Shown one piece after another: positions 1 through 12,747 of a stretch of 64,000 nucleotides of DNA (positions within the stretch are counted from its first letter, which is position 1; every line of letters starts with the position of its first letter). The stretch comes from Basidiobolus meristosporus CBS 931.73 (taxonomy: Eukaryota > Fungi > Basidiobolomycota). The stretch lies in assembly GCA_002104905.1 (NCBI GenBank), contig MCFE01000257.1:1-64000 (forward strand), read 5' to 3'. The position numbers were made by a program, and so were the translations under genes. The notes under the pieces were generated by a model. It was not told where the DNA came from. It saw only the letters and a list, made by a program, of their open reading frames with translations, and ran no database searches.

Positions 1-179
1 GTACCGGACTATGAGAAATACAATGGGAAGCTTCCATGGAATGTTCCATTGTGTAACAATGGTTTGGAATGGTCAGGAACTCTCTGGAAGGTGGTAGAAG
101 GTTCCAGAAGGAATCTCTTAGAAATTGAGCTAGGAAGCTGAAACTTGGCATGGGTGTTCATGGTTGTCATGTGATCACA
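1..179 (-). repeat. Probable LTR fragment (window edge) inserted into the Copia copy
   Basis: Minus strand begins TGTGATCACATGAC at 179, abutting Copia protease sequence at about 181; loosely resembles the LTR-B family (33430-34500). The other end is outside the window. Confidence 0.3.
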
Positions 180-180
180 A

Positions 181-3100
181 CAGGGAGAAGGAACTATCAA
201 ACTAAACCTTAGAAGCTGTGAAGGAAGCCATACACTGACCTTCAAAGAAGTACTCTATGTAACAGAAATAGCCAAGAACCTACTATCTGTAAGCAAGGCC
301 ACTGCAGAAGGACTCAGTTTCAGATTTGAAAATTCTGGATGCAGGATCACTGATCAAAATGGTGCCCATATTGCTTCAGGTATCAGAGATTGGAATCTAT
401 ACAAGTTGTCTTCTATTGCATCATATTTGGAAGCCAATATAAGTAACTTAAATGAAGAAACAACAATGCTTTGGCACAGGAGATTTGGGCACATCAATTT
501 TGATTGTTTGCACAAAATGAACAAAGATCAGCTAATTTCAGGAGTAAAAATTGATCCCCCAGCTAGTTTAGAGCACTGTGAAGCCTGCATTTATGGGAAA
601 CAAGCTGGACAACTACTCAGGAACTCTGGGTCAATCAAAACTAAGAAAAAATTAGATCTAATTCACTCAGGTATTTGTAGACCTACACAAAATTTATCCT
701 TAGGTGGGATGAGGTATTTAACCACTTTGTTGATGATTATAAAGATATATGTGGGTGTACTTCATGGAGAGAAAGGAAGAAGCTCTGTTTAAGCTCAGGG
801 AGTTTAAAGCCATGGTGGAGAGAGAAACTGGTGAGAACTTCAAGAAAATATGCTCTGACAATGGTGGAGAACATACCTCAAAACTCTTCATCCACTTCCG
901 CAAAATTCATGGGATAAAGCAAGAGACAACTGTACTATACTCCCCACATCAAAATGGAGTAGCCAAATATGCTAACAGATCAATGATGGATATGGCAAGA
1001 TCTATGATCCATGATCAAAAATTATCCTGTGATTTTGGACGGAATCAGTTGCCACTTCTGTATACCTTGAAGAAGGAGTTATAACAGAATACTTTGTGGT
1101 TCTACTCCATAAGAAGCATGGTATGGGTACATACCAAGTGCAGAGCATTTAAGAATATTGGGTGTACAGCATATGCCAAGAAACAGCCCAGATATCAGTC
1201 AAAATTTGAGCCAAAAAGTGCAAAATGCATATTTTTGGGTAACTGCAATGAAAGTAAAGCATACAGACTCTAAAATACCAAAGCAAAGAAGCTAGTCAAG
1301 GCCAGGGATGTGTTGTTTGATGAAAATTCAAAATTTTCACCAAAAATGACATTAGATGATGACAAAAATCTGATCTCAAGTCCACCAATTGTCAGGATCA
1401 AATCAGAGCAAAGCAACAAAGATTTTTTCACTCCAGAGAACTCTAAAACTGTGGTTCAGCCAGAATCAGTGCCCAGGAATATTTCGGAAGTGATCATTCT
1501 AGTATCAAATGCCAGGAGATCCAATTGGGCAAGAAATAGTCTAAATTACTATATCAAAGTGGGCACAAACTTAGCCTATGCTTATTCAGTCCATATTGTT
1601 GAGCCCCAGACTGTAAAAGAGGCCCTAAATAGCCCTTAGATGAAGTTTTGGAGATCTGCAATAACTGATGAATATCAGGCACTGATGGAAAATCAAACTT
1701 GGGACTTAGTCAAGTTACCAATCAATCAAAAATCAATTGGATGCAGATGGATCTTTAAGACAAAATACAAGGCTGATGATTCAATTAAAAGATACAAGGC
1801 AATACTTGTGGCTAAAGGATACTCTCAAGAAAAGAACTTGACTATACTGAGACCTTTGCACCAGTAGCCAAGTTTAATTCTATCAGATTGATATTGGCTA
1901 TTGCAGCCAAATAACAATTTTTATTCATCAAATGGATGTAAAAACTTCATTTTTGAATTGACAACTTCATGAGGATGTGTATATGGACCAGCATGATGGG
2001 TTTGCTGACCAAGATAGCCCCCATATGGTCTGCAAGCTTGAAAAGTCTCTATATGTTCTCAAACAATCACTGAGAGCATGGAACTGCAAGATAGATTCTT
2101 ATTTGGAATCTTTGAGTTTCAAAAGAAGTAATGATGACTATAGTATATACTATAAGCCAGATAGCGCAAATCCAGTTCTATTAGCTCTATATGTGGATGA
2201 TCTTATTATAGCCGCCAATAACCTAGAAACATTGGAAGAGTCTAAATCCAGCCTATCTAAGGAGTTCAAGATGTCCAATCTAGGAGAACTTAACTTAGGG
2301 ATTAAGTTCTCCATAGACAGAGGTACCCAGACTATCACCCTAGGCAAATCCAAGTATATTCAAGATATACTAAAGAAGTACAAAATGGAAGACTGTAAAC
2401 CAGCAGCTACCCCAATGGAGACCAACCTTAACTTGGCCAAAACTCAATCAAATCAAGAGAGCTTGGTACCATCTGAAATCCCTGACTTTCCTTATCAATC
2501 TATGGTTGGCAGTCTGATGTATATCACGCTTGGAACATATCCAGATATCTCATATTCAGTGGGAGTTGTCAGCCAACATAATCAGAACTATGGATCTGAT
2601 CATGTTGCAGCGGTTAAGTGGATTTTTAGATACCTAAAAGGAATTGCTAATATCTGCTTAAGATACACTTATATGGATTCAGTGCAGGATCTTGTGGGAT
2701 ACTCTGATGCAGATTGGGGACAAAATTTGGAAGACAGAAGATCCACCCCAGCATGCACCTTTCTTTACTGTAAAGGAGCAATTTCATAGAATTCAAGAAA
2801 GCAACCAACAGTAGCACTTCTACCACAGAGGCCAAGTATATGGCAGCCTGTGAAGCCACAAAAGAAGCAATGTGGTTAAGAAAACTTTTTACAGATTTAG
2901 GCATGTGTCAAAAAAGAGCTATTACATTATTTCAAGAAAATCAAGGATGTATACTATTAGGTAGAAATCCAACTTTTCATGCTAGAACTAAGCACATGAA
3001 TATTAGACATCATTTCATAAGTGAAGCTGTAGAGAATAACTTAGCTAACTTAGTTTACTGTCATTCAGATGAAAGGATTGCAGGTATATTTACCAAACCA

Positions 3101-3423
3101 TTAGCTAGAGACAAGCTTGAATATCTTAGGTCAAAATTAGGATTAGTCAGTATGAACATTTAGCTGAGTGGGAGTGTTGTAAAAGTTGGTAATTCCACCT
3201 AAATATTCACTTAACTTAGTCACTTAGATCATTACCTTCAAATCCTAGAGAATCCTGACCAAATTCCTTGTTGGAACTTACTTAGAATATTTTCACCAAA
3301 ATACCAGGTCCTCAGAACATGAAAATTCTCAAAGTTACCCAAACAGCCTCAAACTTTGCACACATGCTCTTGAGACCTTCCTTAATCTATTCTAAATGCT
3401 TGTAATGCCAAGACCATGTGAAA
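181..3423 (+). mobile_element. Ty1/Copia retrotransposon, decayed pol plus partial 3' LTR
   Basis: Broken ORFs with GAG-pre-integrase/HHCC (WHRRFGH...CEAC), integrase (SDNGGE, NGVA), RT (LYVDDL) and RNase H (GYSDADWG, IFTKPL) in Copia order; stop at 3163, PPT GAGTGGGAG, LTR starts TGTTGTAAAA at 3175 and is truncated near 3423. Confidence 0.93.
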
Positions 3424-3492
3424 ATTTTCATCACAACAATACAAGGGTGGCTTTTGATTGGTTCTCTGCCAACTTTCTAACTTTCCTTTTTG

Positions 3493-3866
3493 CTGGTATT
3501 TTCTGGCACTGTAAGTGCTTTGCATAGGACTTACTTTAGGGATAATATTTGAATCTAATGCTAAATAGTGCCAGTGGACTAAGATAGTACCATGTGCTAT
3601 ATTCAAAGTGCCATGGGTATTGAGTACTGGATAGATATCTTCTGTTCTTCTGTGCTTTTATACTTCATTCACCACATTGATCCCAAAAATGGGTAAAAAA
3701 ATCCTGTCCAGCATAATGAGTGAAGCAAATGGGTGGCTATGCATGAGAATGAAGAACTATAAATCACACTTTGTGGCCATGTATAGATCCACTTAGCTTC
3801 CATGGCACACTATAACATCATTTAGCACTCACGGCTCAATGTAGAACTATTCAAAGGAACAAGTCT
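3493..3866. mobile_element. Half copy of fold-back element (loop plus one arm)
   Basis: Matches the loop and right arm of 42029-42762, ends CAAGTCT followed by ATT; only about 20 bp of the other arm remain. Confidence 0.8.
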
Positions 3867-3869
3867 ATT

Positions 3870-4900
3870 TCCTCCATCACTGAAATCTCCAAATTCCAAT
3901 TAATATCATATTGTGGCTAATTGCATATTGCTTGATAGCTTTGCTGCAATTGCACACTGACCTCTGTACATTCTCTCTGTGGGAAGGTGATACTCTTAGT
4001 GTTTGTGTTTGGATAATCACAATGTGTATGGGTTATTAAGTAAATCCCCTGGATCCTACACAATAGACAACAATCCTATCCATTGTGCATAAAAAAGCTA
4101 ACTATCTAGCTGATGACTGGGGTATCTCCAATGCAGATAATAGCATGTGCTTTGATATGACATCAACTTACTTGCATCTTGCCAGATAGCACATAAATTT
4201 CTTTCAGCAATGAATAAAGGTGACTATCCAGGTTGTATGGTGTTATAGGTGTAGATATTAGTGAGACTACCATCAGATCTCTGCCCCAGTACTACAAGAT
4301 TTACAGCAAACTGAGGCTTAGGAGAACTAGCAACCAGTAGGATTTGCTAGTAAGGTATTGTGTAATGAGAATTCATCAAATGGCAAGACAAAGGCATGGC
4401 TATAAATACCTACAAAGTAGCCTTTGCTACTTTGTCCATTATAGTATTTACAATGAAATATCTTGGAGACATTTGCGCATTGATGATAATGAGTATAGTA
4501 GCTATAGCTTCAAAGTATTTGATGGACTGTATGAGCTTCTTTAAACACGGTATTTCTGAAATATACCTGGAGTATGAACAGTGCTTTCCTCCCAAGGAGG
4601 TGGACTCCTGACCAGTTGGACACCTTGCAACAGTAGCATTTTTGAATGTGAATGGCATGCCACTGTTAACACATGCTGCTATCAGAATGGTCTCTAGGCT
4701 ACATGTTGCCAGCTACCTAACAATCTTGCCATTGTACACAACAGATTGTCAGTTGCATCCTGGAATGATTTTGGCAAGAATCAGCAGAAAATTTTCAAAG
4801 CCTCTATTACTGATATTGGTGGTGATATGTCCTTTTGCTAGACACAGCATCACATCATTCTTCAGCAAATGAATAACTGGGCTCCCTTGGCTCCATATAG
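3870..4900 (-). pseudogene. EnSpm/CACTA (CMC)-like transposase remnant, copy 1
   Basis: Frameshifted fragments such as CMPFTFKNATVARCPTGQESTSLGGKH and YISEIPCLKKL, colinear with copies at 6.2-8.9 kb and 14.0-16.2 kb. Family assignment is from recalled motifs, not a search. Confidence 0.55.
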
Positions 4901-5229
4901 TATTATTGGCATTTCTTACACAGGTAGTGCCTCATAGCATATTGAGATTTGAGGACACATGTGGTGTAATAACTTGAGGGGATGCAGACTTACAATCCAT
5001 TAGTGAGCCTTCTTTTTCAGAGTAAAAACTATGCAAGCCATATTCAGAAGGCTGAGGTGAGCCAAAAGGCTTTGCAAACTCACCCAAATTGGTTTAAACA
5101 GGTGATAATTACAGCTGGGTGACACTAAAGAGGTATTAAGTTGCTGTCAAGGGATTGTTTGTACAGCAGTGGGTAATAAATGCTCAAAAACAACTGACAT
5201 GGCAAAACACTGGCTGTAATCTCTATGAA

Positions 5230-5960
5230 AAATAAATTAGCCCTCCAGGTGGATCCAATCTGGATCAGCCATCAAAATCCTGTCAAGAGTCTGGTGTAAT
5301 ACCAGCAGATGGGAATTAATGACCATCTACACAATTTTATGACAGGATAACAATGGTGCTTTGCTAATTTGCAGCCAAATATAGTTGAAAAATATAACAA
5401 TATCTGTACAGTGATTTGCCAAGGGTGGCATAGCATTGTAGCAGACTTAGTGTGCTTTACAACTATTTGAGTGAATTTGACTGGCCAGTACATCCAAATA
5501 CCCTGTATGGCAGGAAACTTGCTGGTATTTTAAAGGCCTCTTTGCAAGCCTCTGATGGCATCATTGCAGCAGTATGGCGGCCTACAGCTAGTTCTGTGAA
5601 ATGCTACCATACCAATTCACCAAATGGTGTTTCCTTTTTCTACCTCTTCTTGTGTAATACATATAATTCACTGTAGAATCACCCCTATTTATTTACCTAT
5701 CCACTGCTACCTTGGGTATTACACATATAGTTTGAATCAAACAATAATACAGCCTCCTGCTTACCTACCTCTACAAGTGTGCACACCTGCTGCAATTGAC
5801 ATACCTCTATGACATCAAATTTATGGCTTTTTAGTGCGAAGCTTGCAAAGTTGCCATATACCTTGTATTGCTGGTAATATATACATCTTGCATACATATG
5901 CCTGGTTGCTGCTACTGCTGCCATAAATACCTCCTGCATGTCCACTTACAACATTTTGGT
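5230..5960 (-). repeat. CACTA-associated repeat (region found downstream of the transposase)
   Basis: Homologous segments at 13690-13975 (-), 18915-19290 (+), 30490-30738 plus 39277-39605 (+) and 50330-50705 (+); ORF remnant MDxQEVFMA...HMxARCIxYxQYK. Confidence 0.65.
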
Positions 5961-5971
5961 ATCTAGACTAT

Positions 5972-6181
5972 AGACTTGTTCCACTGTGCCATTGATCATA
6001 GTGCCAGAAAGTGCTGTATATGTTGTTATTAATTTGATTTTTCAGGGTCATATGCATGTCAATTTTGATCCAAAATTGGCACTCTATAGCACCATCTGGC
6101 ATTCTGTGGCAGATCAGGCACCATCTGGCATGCTATGGCACTATTGGGCACTATGATCAGCTGGAATGATGGAACAGGTAT
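5972..6181. mobile_element. 210-bp MITE related to the fold-back element
   Basis: Starts AGACTTGTTCC, ends GGAACAGGTAT, with TGATCATAGTGCC/GGCACTATGATCA inverted pair and many GGCA repeats; flanks TAT/AAT; the homologous site at about 13965 lacks it. Confidence 0.65.
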
Positions 6182-6184
6182 AAT

Positions 6185-8890
6185 ATATTCCTTCTCCCTG
6201 CTGGATTCTGGTCCCCCTTATAGGTGTGCTCTGCCACTTGTTTATGTGAATTATGTGTTGAATGGTGTAGAAATTGGCTTGTGACCATGAGAAATCTGGC
6301 ATACCTTAGTAAAGTTTACTAATAAAAACTAGTTGTTTGTTGCACCCACCCAGCTTTGCATCAATTACCTGATTACCTACATATCTGCTCCATAGAAAGC
6401 CCCCAAAAGGTGAAGCAACGCCCAATATTATAATAGTGTGTCAAGTTTGCATTGGTGATCCACTTCAGGATACATATTGCTACAATGTTAATATGTAACT
6501 CCCAATACTTTCAATGTACTCTTGGTAGGAATGGCTTCAGAAGGCCACTTGAATCAAAATATATCCAGTTCATCCAGTCCTTGCCTTTGTATTGTTGCAT
6601 ATGCATATGAATATTGATTAGAGCCCATGAGTAGCACTTAGGGTAGCAAATACTCCTTAATATCATGCCAATTCTTTCAAATCCCTCCAGTATTACAAAT
6701 GGCTCATTTAGCTTGAAATGCTCTATGGATAACTTGGTCATCAGTAGAGGGATATTGTTGAAAAGCAAATGCATTGCTCCCAGTGCAAAGCCTCTGCTCC
6801 AACAGATGCCCTCTATCTTCAGTATCTCTGGTTTCCAATTAATTCCATATTCCAGCCAATGGCTTGTTGCTTACCAACTTTGCTGCAATTGTGTGCTGAC
6901 TTATCTAAGTACTCTCTGAAGAAAGATGATGTTCTTTATGTTGGTGTTTGGGTAATAATATTGTGTTTGAGTTATGGAGTAAGTCCCCTGGATCTCACAC
7001 AATCAACAGCATAACATTTGTTGTGCCCAGAAAAGCTGGCTATCTTGCAGATGCCTGGGGTACCTTCAATTCATATAATAATATGTGCTTGGACATGACA
7101 GTCATTTACTATTATCCAGCTGGAAAGCAGACAAAATTCATCCAGCAATGGATGCTGGCAGCTATCCAGGTTAGACAGTGATTTAGGCCCAGATACTAGT
7201 GAGACTACCATCAGATTTTGACCTGATCCTGTAAGATAGGAGTCAGATTCAGGTTGATGAGAATCAGTGGCCAGCAGGGTCTGCTGGTAGAGTACTTGTT
7301 TTATGAGAATCCATCAGGTGCCAAGGCAAAGGCAAGGTCATACATACCCTCAAAGTAGCACTTGCTTCCTAGCTCTGTGCAATGTTTGCCATCAAATATA
7401 TTAGATATGCTTGAGCTTGATTGATGCTGAGTGCAATATTAGACTTGTTCTGTTGGGTAGTGCCACATTGCGCCATGAGTGCCAAATGATGCCATAGTGT
7501 GCCGGGGAGGCCAAGTGAGCCTACACTTGGCCACAGAGTGCGCAGCACAGCTCTGCATCTTCATGCATAGCAGCCCCTGTGTTTCACTCATTGTGATGGA
7601 GAAAATCCATTTTTTAACTTTTTTTTTTAAGTAAATGTTGTACAGAATGTGCAAGTGCACAAAAGGATTGAAGATATGCATCTGGTACTCAATACCCACA
7701 ACACTCTGAATCTAGCATCTGTGGCTTGTAGCATGTTGCAAAAATGCATGGCACTATCTTGGTCCACTGGTACTATCCAGCACTATATTTAAATATAAGC
7801 CCCAAAGTAAGATCAATACAAAGCACTTATAGTGCTGAATAGTACCAGTGGACCAAGATAGTGCCATGCATTTTTGTGACATGTTACAAGCCACAGTTGC
7901 TAGATTCAGAGTGCCGTGGGTATTGAGTACCAGATGTATATCTTCAATCATTTTGTGCTCTTACACATCCTGCACAATATTGATCCACAAAAAAATGTCA
8001 AAAAATGGATTTTCTCCTGCATCAAAGGTGAAACACAGGGGCTTCTTTGCATGAAAATGCAGATCTATGTTTCACACTCTGTGGCCAAGTATAGGCTCAC
8101 TTAGCCTCTCTGGCACACTATGGCATAGTTTGGCACTCATGGCTCAATGCGGCACTATCCAACAGAACAAGTTTATTGTATAGCTTTGCACTATTTGTCA
8201 GACTGCATGAGTTCCTTCAGATGGGGTATTACCAGAATTCAGCCAGAGTGTGTAGAATGTTTTCCCCAAATGGTGGTGGATTCTTGACAAGTTGCACACC
8301 TTGCAATGTTGGCATTTTCTGATGTGAATACCATGAAACTATTAACATATGCAGGTATCAGGATGGTCTCTGCATCACTTGTTGCCAGCCACATGATAGT
8401 TTTCCATTTATACCATGTACAAGCTAAGTTGTATCCCAGGATAATTTTAGCACCAAGTGGTAGTAAATCCCAAAAGCCCCCATTACTAATATTAGTGGAA
8501 ATGTGCCACTTCTCTAGCAACAACATTACATTACTCACTAGTAGATGGATTACTAGGCTCACTTGACTCCATAGAGTATCCTTGGCATTTTTTTCCAGAG
8601 GTGTTGTCTCATTGCTTAATGGGACTCTGTCAGGCTCATGCAGGGTACCTTTGTCGGGGAAGATAGGCTCATAGCCAATCATTGAGCCTGCATCTTAAGA
8701 GTTATCACTCTGCATGCCATATTCAGAAAGCTGGGGTGGACCTAAAGGGGTCACAAACTCACCTGACTCAGTTTGCACAAGGAGACCAGTACAGCTAGGT
8801 GCTTTTGTAGAGGTATTAAGCAGCTAGCAAAATATTGTTGATACAGCAGTGACTGACAAGTGGTCAAATATGAGTTGTGTGGCAAAACAC
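6185..8890 (-). pseudogene. EnSpm/CACTA-like transposase remnant, copy 2 (interrupted by fold-back element)
   Basis: MHLLFNNIPLLMTKL...HFKLNEPF...YKGKDWMNW (6511-6774) and PAYVNSFMVFTSENANIARCATCQE (8239-8682) resemble fungal tnp2/Transposase_21-type proteins. Confidence 0.62.
7441..8174. mobile_element. 734-bp fold-back element, full copy 1
   Basis: Arms 7441-7786 and 7829-8174 (346 bp each) are inverted repeats around a 42-bp loop; flanked by ATT on both sides. Confidence 0.9.
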
Positions 8891-9286
8891 TGGCCAAGAT
8901 CCTTTTAATACTTCCTATGCTCTCTGCATGCTTCATGGTTGAGAGGCTTGCCACAATAGCCACATGGTCCTTTTTCTCTTCTCTTACAGTGTTGAATCAA
9001 AGTAGCCTTGTCCTTGGGGCAAACAATATGACACTCAAGAACATAGTGCTATCATATTGTGTATGTGTCAATACACATATAAAGTCACAACAGTCTTGTA
9101 CTTGCAACATTGCACCCATATGAGTGCAAAATCCAATGATTACCCACCATAGTATGCATTATATATAATGCTGTGGCACAACATACACACATATTTGTAA
9201 CACCATTTCCCCTTTGTTTTGACTCACTTTCATATATATGCTGTCAAAAATAGAGTACTATTGTCAGGTTCACTAAGCTTGCTTTT

Positions 9287-9634
9287 GTTGTAAAATTTGT
9301 ATTTCCACCTAAATATTCACCTAACTTAGTCACTTAGATCATCACCTTCAAATCCTAGAGAATACTGACCAAAATTCCTTGTTGGGATTTACTCAGAATA
9401 TTTTCACCAAAATACCAGGTACCCAGAACATGAAAATTCTCAAAGTTGTCCAAACAGCCCCAACCTTTACACACATGTTCTTGGGACCTTCCTTTACCTA
9501 TTTTACGTGTTTGTTATGCCAAGACCAGGTAAAAGTATCAATACTACTTTTACATTCAATAAATCATTAAGTGAAAACCACATAATATACTTGTCCTCCC
9601 AATCACTTCCAATATCTCCAAGACTCTTACAACA
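9287..9634 (+). repeat. Copia-family solo LTR
   Basis: TGTTGTAA...TTACAACA, 348 bp; flanks GCTTT(T) and GCTTT fit a 5-bp target duplication with a homopolymer slip. Confidence 0.9.
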
Positions 9635-9879
9635 GCTTTGACATTCAGTGCAACAATCAAAGAAGACCCTGTGGACAGTGTGCCCACTGAGGTAATAATG
9701 CAGACTCCTCAGGCTTTCAGTCAGGTAGGCAATTGGGAATCTGTGCAGAGCTAAAAGCAACCATATTGCTGAGGCAGATGAGAATGTAGCAAAAGCAGTA
9801 CCTTCCATTAAAGACCAGCAAGTGGTAGTCATAGCATCACCATCACTCATATTAGCTTTTATGTTGTCAGCTCATACTA

Positions 9880-11930
9880 AAGCATTAATGAGACAATAAG
9901 GTGTAGTGGCTGATAGGATAGGCACAATGACCCAGAGAAATCAGGAAATACTCCAGAAACAGGATGAGTGGATAAAACATGTAGAGCAATTAACATCCTG
10001 GGGAAGGAAAGCAGTATCTTTGTGGCAAACATGGAACTCAAGTAGCTCAATACCACAACCAAGATTTGAGATATTACCCAATGTAATGGCAGAAGAACAC
10101 TATACAGTCTTTGAAGCACAACAACAGTGCCCAAAGATAATGCCTACAGAAGAGCCTACCACAACATGTGAGGGAGAAGAAATATTGTTTATGCCAAAGC
10201 CTAAAAGTCAAAAAATATTAAAGATCCATGGGGCCATTGAGTTCAATGATGAACAGTGAGCTAATATTCAAGAGCATATTACAAGTCTAGCATGCCAACA
10301 CCTTAAGTCCGGCATACCATGGGACCATTGGTAAATTAGGGCCAAGCACAATATGCTTGACTTGCCCCAAGAGCATTATCCTGGTTTCAAACAAGCAAAC
10401 AGATCTTGGGCTAGTATAGGTTTGATAGGTAAGGATCCCAAAATAGCAGAAACTATTAAAGGCAGAAGAATAAGGGTGCAATGGCCAAACAACAGCAGCT
10501 TCCTCAAGAGCCCTTACAAGCAGGGCTGAAAGCTCCAAACAAGTATCAAAGAGACATCCAGTATCTAGAAGAGTGCTAGTAAGGGAAAAGCAGGCAGACA
10601 CAGATCATCAGCTCTACCTTTACCATGGAGAGAGTGTGGTTCTACTCAAGAAGCACTCATCAAAGTGGCAGTGAAGGACCTGGCAGTGATAACCATGAGT
10701 GGCTACCTCACAAGCCTGTCACAGAATGGGCTGAGGGCTTGAAACAAGCAGTAAAGAAGTGTCAGGTTGCCTGCAGAGTATCAGCATGGGACTAGCAGGC
10801 CTAAGCAGACTCATCTGTACAGCATTTCTCAGCGAGAAAATGTAGTTCAATACAGGAAGCCCTCAGACAAAGTATTAGTGAAAGACCTGGTAGTGATAAA
10901 GAAAGAGGTAAAGGGCAAAAGTCTACCTAAGCCAGAGACAGGGAAACATGATAAAAAAGCTACAGGCATTGCCAATTAACTCAATCTGCCTGGAACATAC
11001 TGAATCCTATCATATCCAAGAAGATTACCAACAAGAAAACAGCTGTTTTCACATGGGTTGGAAGCACAGTCAGTTAGACTACACTCCAGTGAGGTAGGTG
11101 AGCTTGCAGAGAAAGGCAATATATCTACCTCAGCCTCCATTTCCTTCATTTTTGACAGAGTGGAGATCACACCAACAGACAAAGCAACAATATCAAGAAT
11201 CCAAAGGTTATCACAATGCCTTCAGTGGAGTTTTGGTACCTAACTGGTCACACCAAGTGGTTGCAGCACTTCCTCAAGTGCAGTGTTCAAGACAATATAT
11301 TTGAATAGTGCCAGGATTTATTGCAAAGACTTGCAGATGGGGTGCTGGACCTTGCTCTGCCAGATGTAGACCAGGACATGTGGGAACCAGTGAATGAGCA
11401 GTGGCATATAGCTGTAGGGTTCCTGCCAAAGTTGTGGAAACACAGTGGTATGCAGATATACTTATTCAGAGGTGGATTTTGATGGAGTCACTTGTCAAGT
11501 GTGCGGTTGGGCTTAATGTCAGTACAGGATATAGGGACTGGTAAAGGTAAATACAATTGGCAATTGAGGTACAACTGAAGTTTCAATGCAAATAAATCAA
11601 TTTGTATGCATGAGAAGTAAGGGATGCAGCTGAGTCAGGAAGTAGGGAGTGTGAGATAGAGGCAAGGGTCAATCAATGAACACAAACAGAGGAGATAATG
11701 GAGTGTCTGAAATCAGAAAGTGAGCAAATTAGTAGGGAATCAATCAAAAGCCACCTATATATTGTTGTGATGCAATATTTTGATCAATTTTTTTGTAAAA
11801 TCTGTTATGCATTATTCTTCAACAGTGTCTGGAGAGTGTCCTGATGGGATCAGTACCTTCTAGTCATTCTGCCTTTACTTTGCAATGGCCTTTTGATGGG
11901 ATCATTACAATAAATTCTCATAGGGTTAAT
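9880..11930 (+). repeat. Unclassified ORF-bearing repeat, family X, copy 1
   Basis: Homologous to 11930-12745 (-), 26326-26700 (-), 27600-28455 (+) and 39970-42928 (+); decayed ORF fragments without a domain I recognise. Confidence 0.7.
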
Positions 11931-12745
11931 GCTGTGCTGGTGCATCTTTGTCTGCCTGCTTTTCCCTTATTAGCACTGTTCCAGCTACCTGATTTCTTGT
12001 TGATGCAGGTTTGGAGCTTTTTGCCCTCCCTGCAATCAGCTCTTGAGGAAGCCTCTGGCTTTTAGTCATTGCACCCTTATTGATGTGCTTTTGATAGTAT
12101 CTGCAATTCTTGGCATACTTTTTTGGCATCCCAGTGACAGCACCAAGTCTGTTTGCTTGCTTGCCTCCAAAAAATGTTTATTGAACAAGTTAAGTACATT
12201 CTGGTTGACCTTGAGTTCCTGATGGGCCCATTGTATGCTGGTCTTAAGGTGTTGGCATGCTGGATTTTCATCAGCCTCTTGAATATCAACCCACTCTTCA
12301 TCATTGAACTCAATGGCCCCATGGATCTTTAATATTTTTGACTTTTAGGCTTTGGCATAAACAACATATTTTTGCCCTCCCATGTTGTGGTAGGCTCTTC
12401 TGTGGGCATTATCTTTGGGCACTGTTGTTGTGCTTCAAAGACTATATAGTGTTCTTCTGCTGTTACATTGGGAGATGGCTCATTGGTGAGGTCTCTTCAT
12501 GGGCAAGTAGAATCCTCTTAGCTAATCAAAATGCAGGTAGTGAACTCATAGCTCTCACAGCAGAATCATCTTCAATCTATCTCACCAGGCCTTCTGGTAG
12601 TGCTCTGGGAAGAGAGGCCAAAAAAGTGAGAACAGTAATAACTCCATGGGCTTTCAGTAACTCTCCAACTTGCTCAAGGCCACTCAAGTATTCTATCAAT
12701 GGTAGCAGCTCAAACTTGCTATAAGCAAAGCTCTACATATCATTG
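11930..12745 (-). repeat. Family X, inverted copy 2
   Basis: About 12290-12470 is the reverse complement of about 10080-10260 (e.g. CCTAAAAGTCAAAAAATATTAAAGATCCATGGGGCCATTGAGTTCAATGATGAA). Confidence 0.7.
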
Positions 12746-12747
12746 AG

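Noticed and set aside
7441-8174. CRISPR-like array or structured ncRNA gene
   Set aside because: No repeat-spacer periodicity; TSD and empty site show a transposon insertion in a eukaryotic context.
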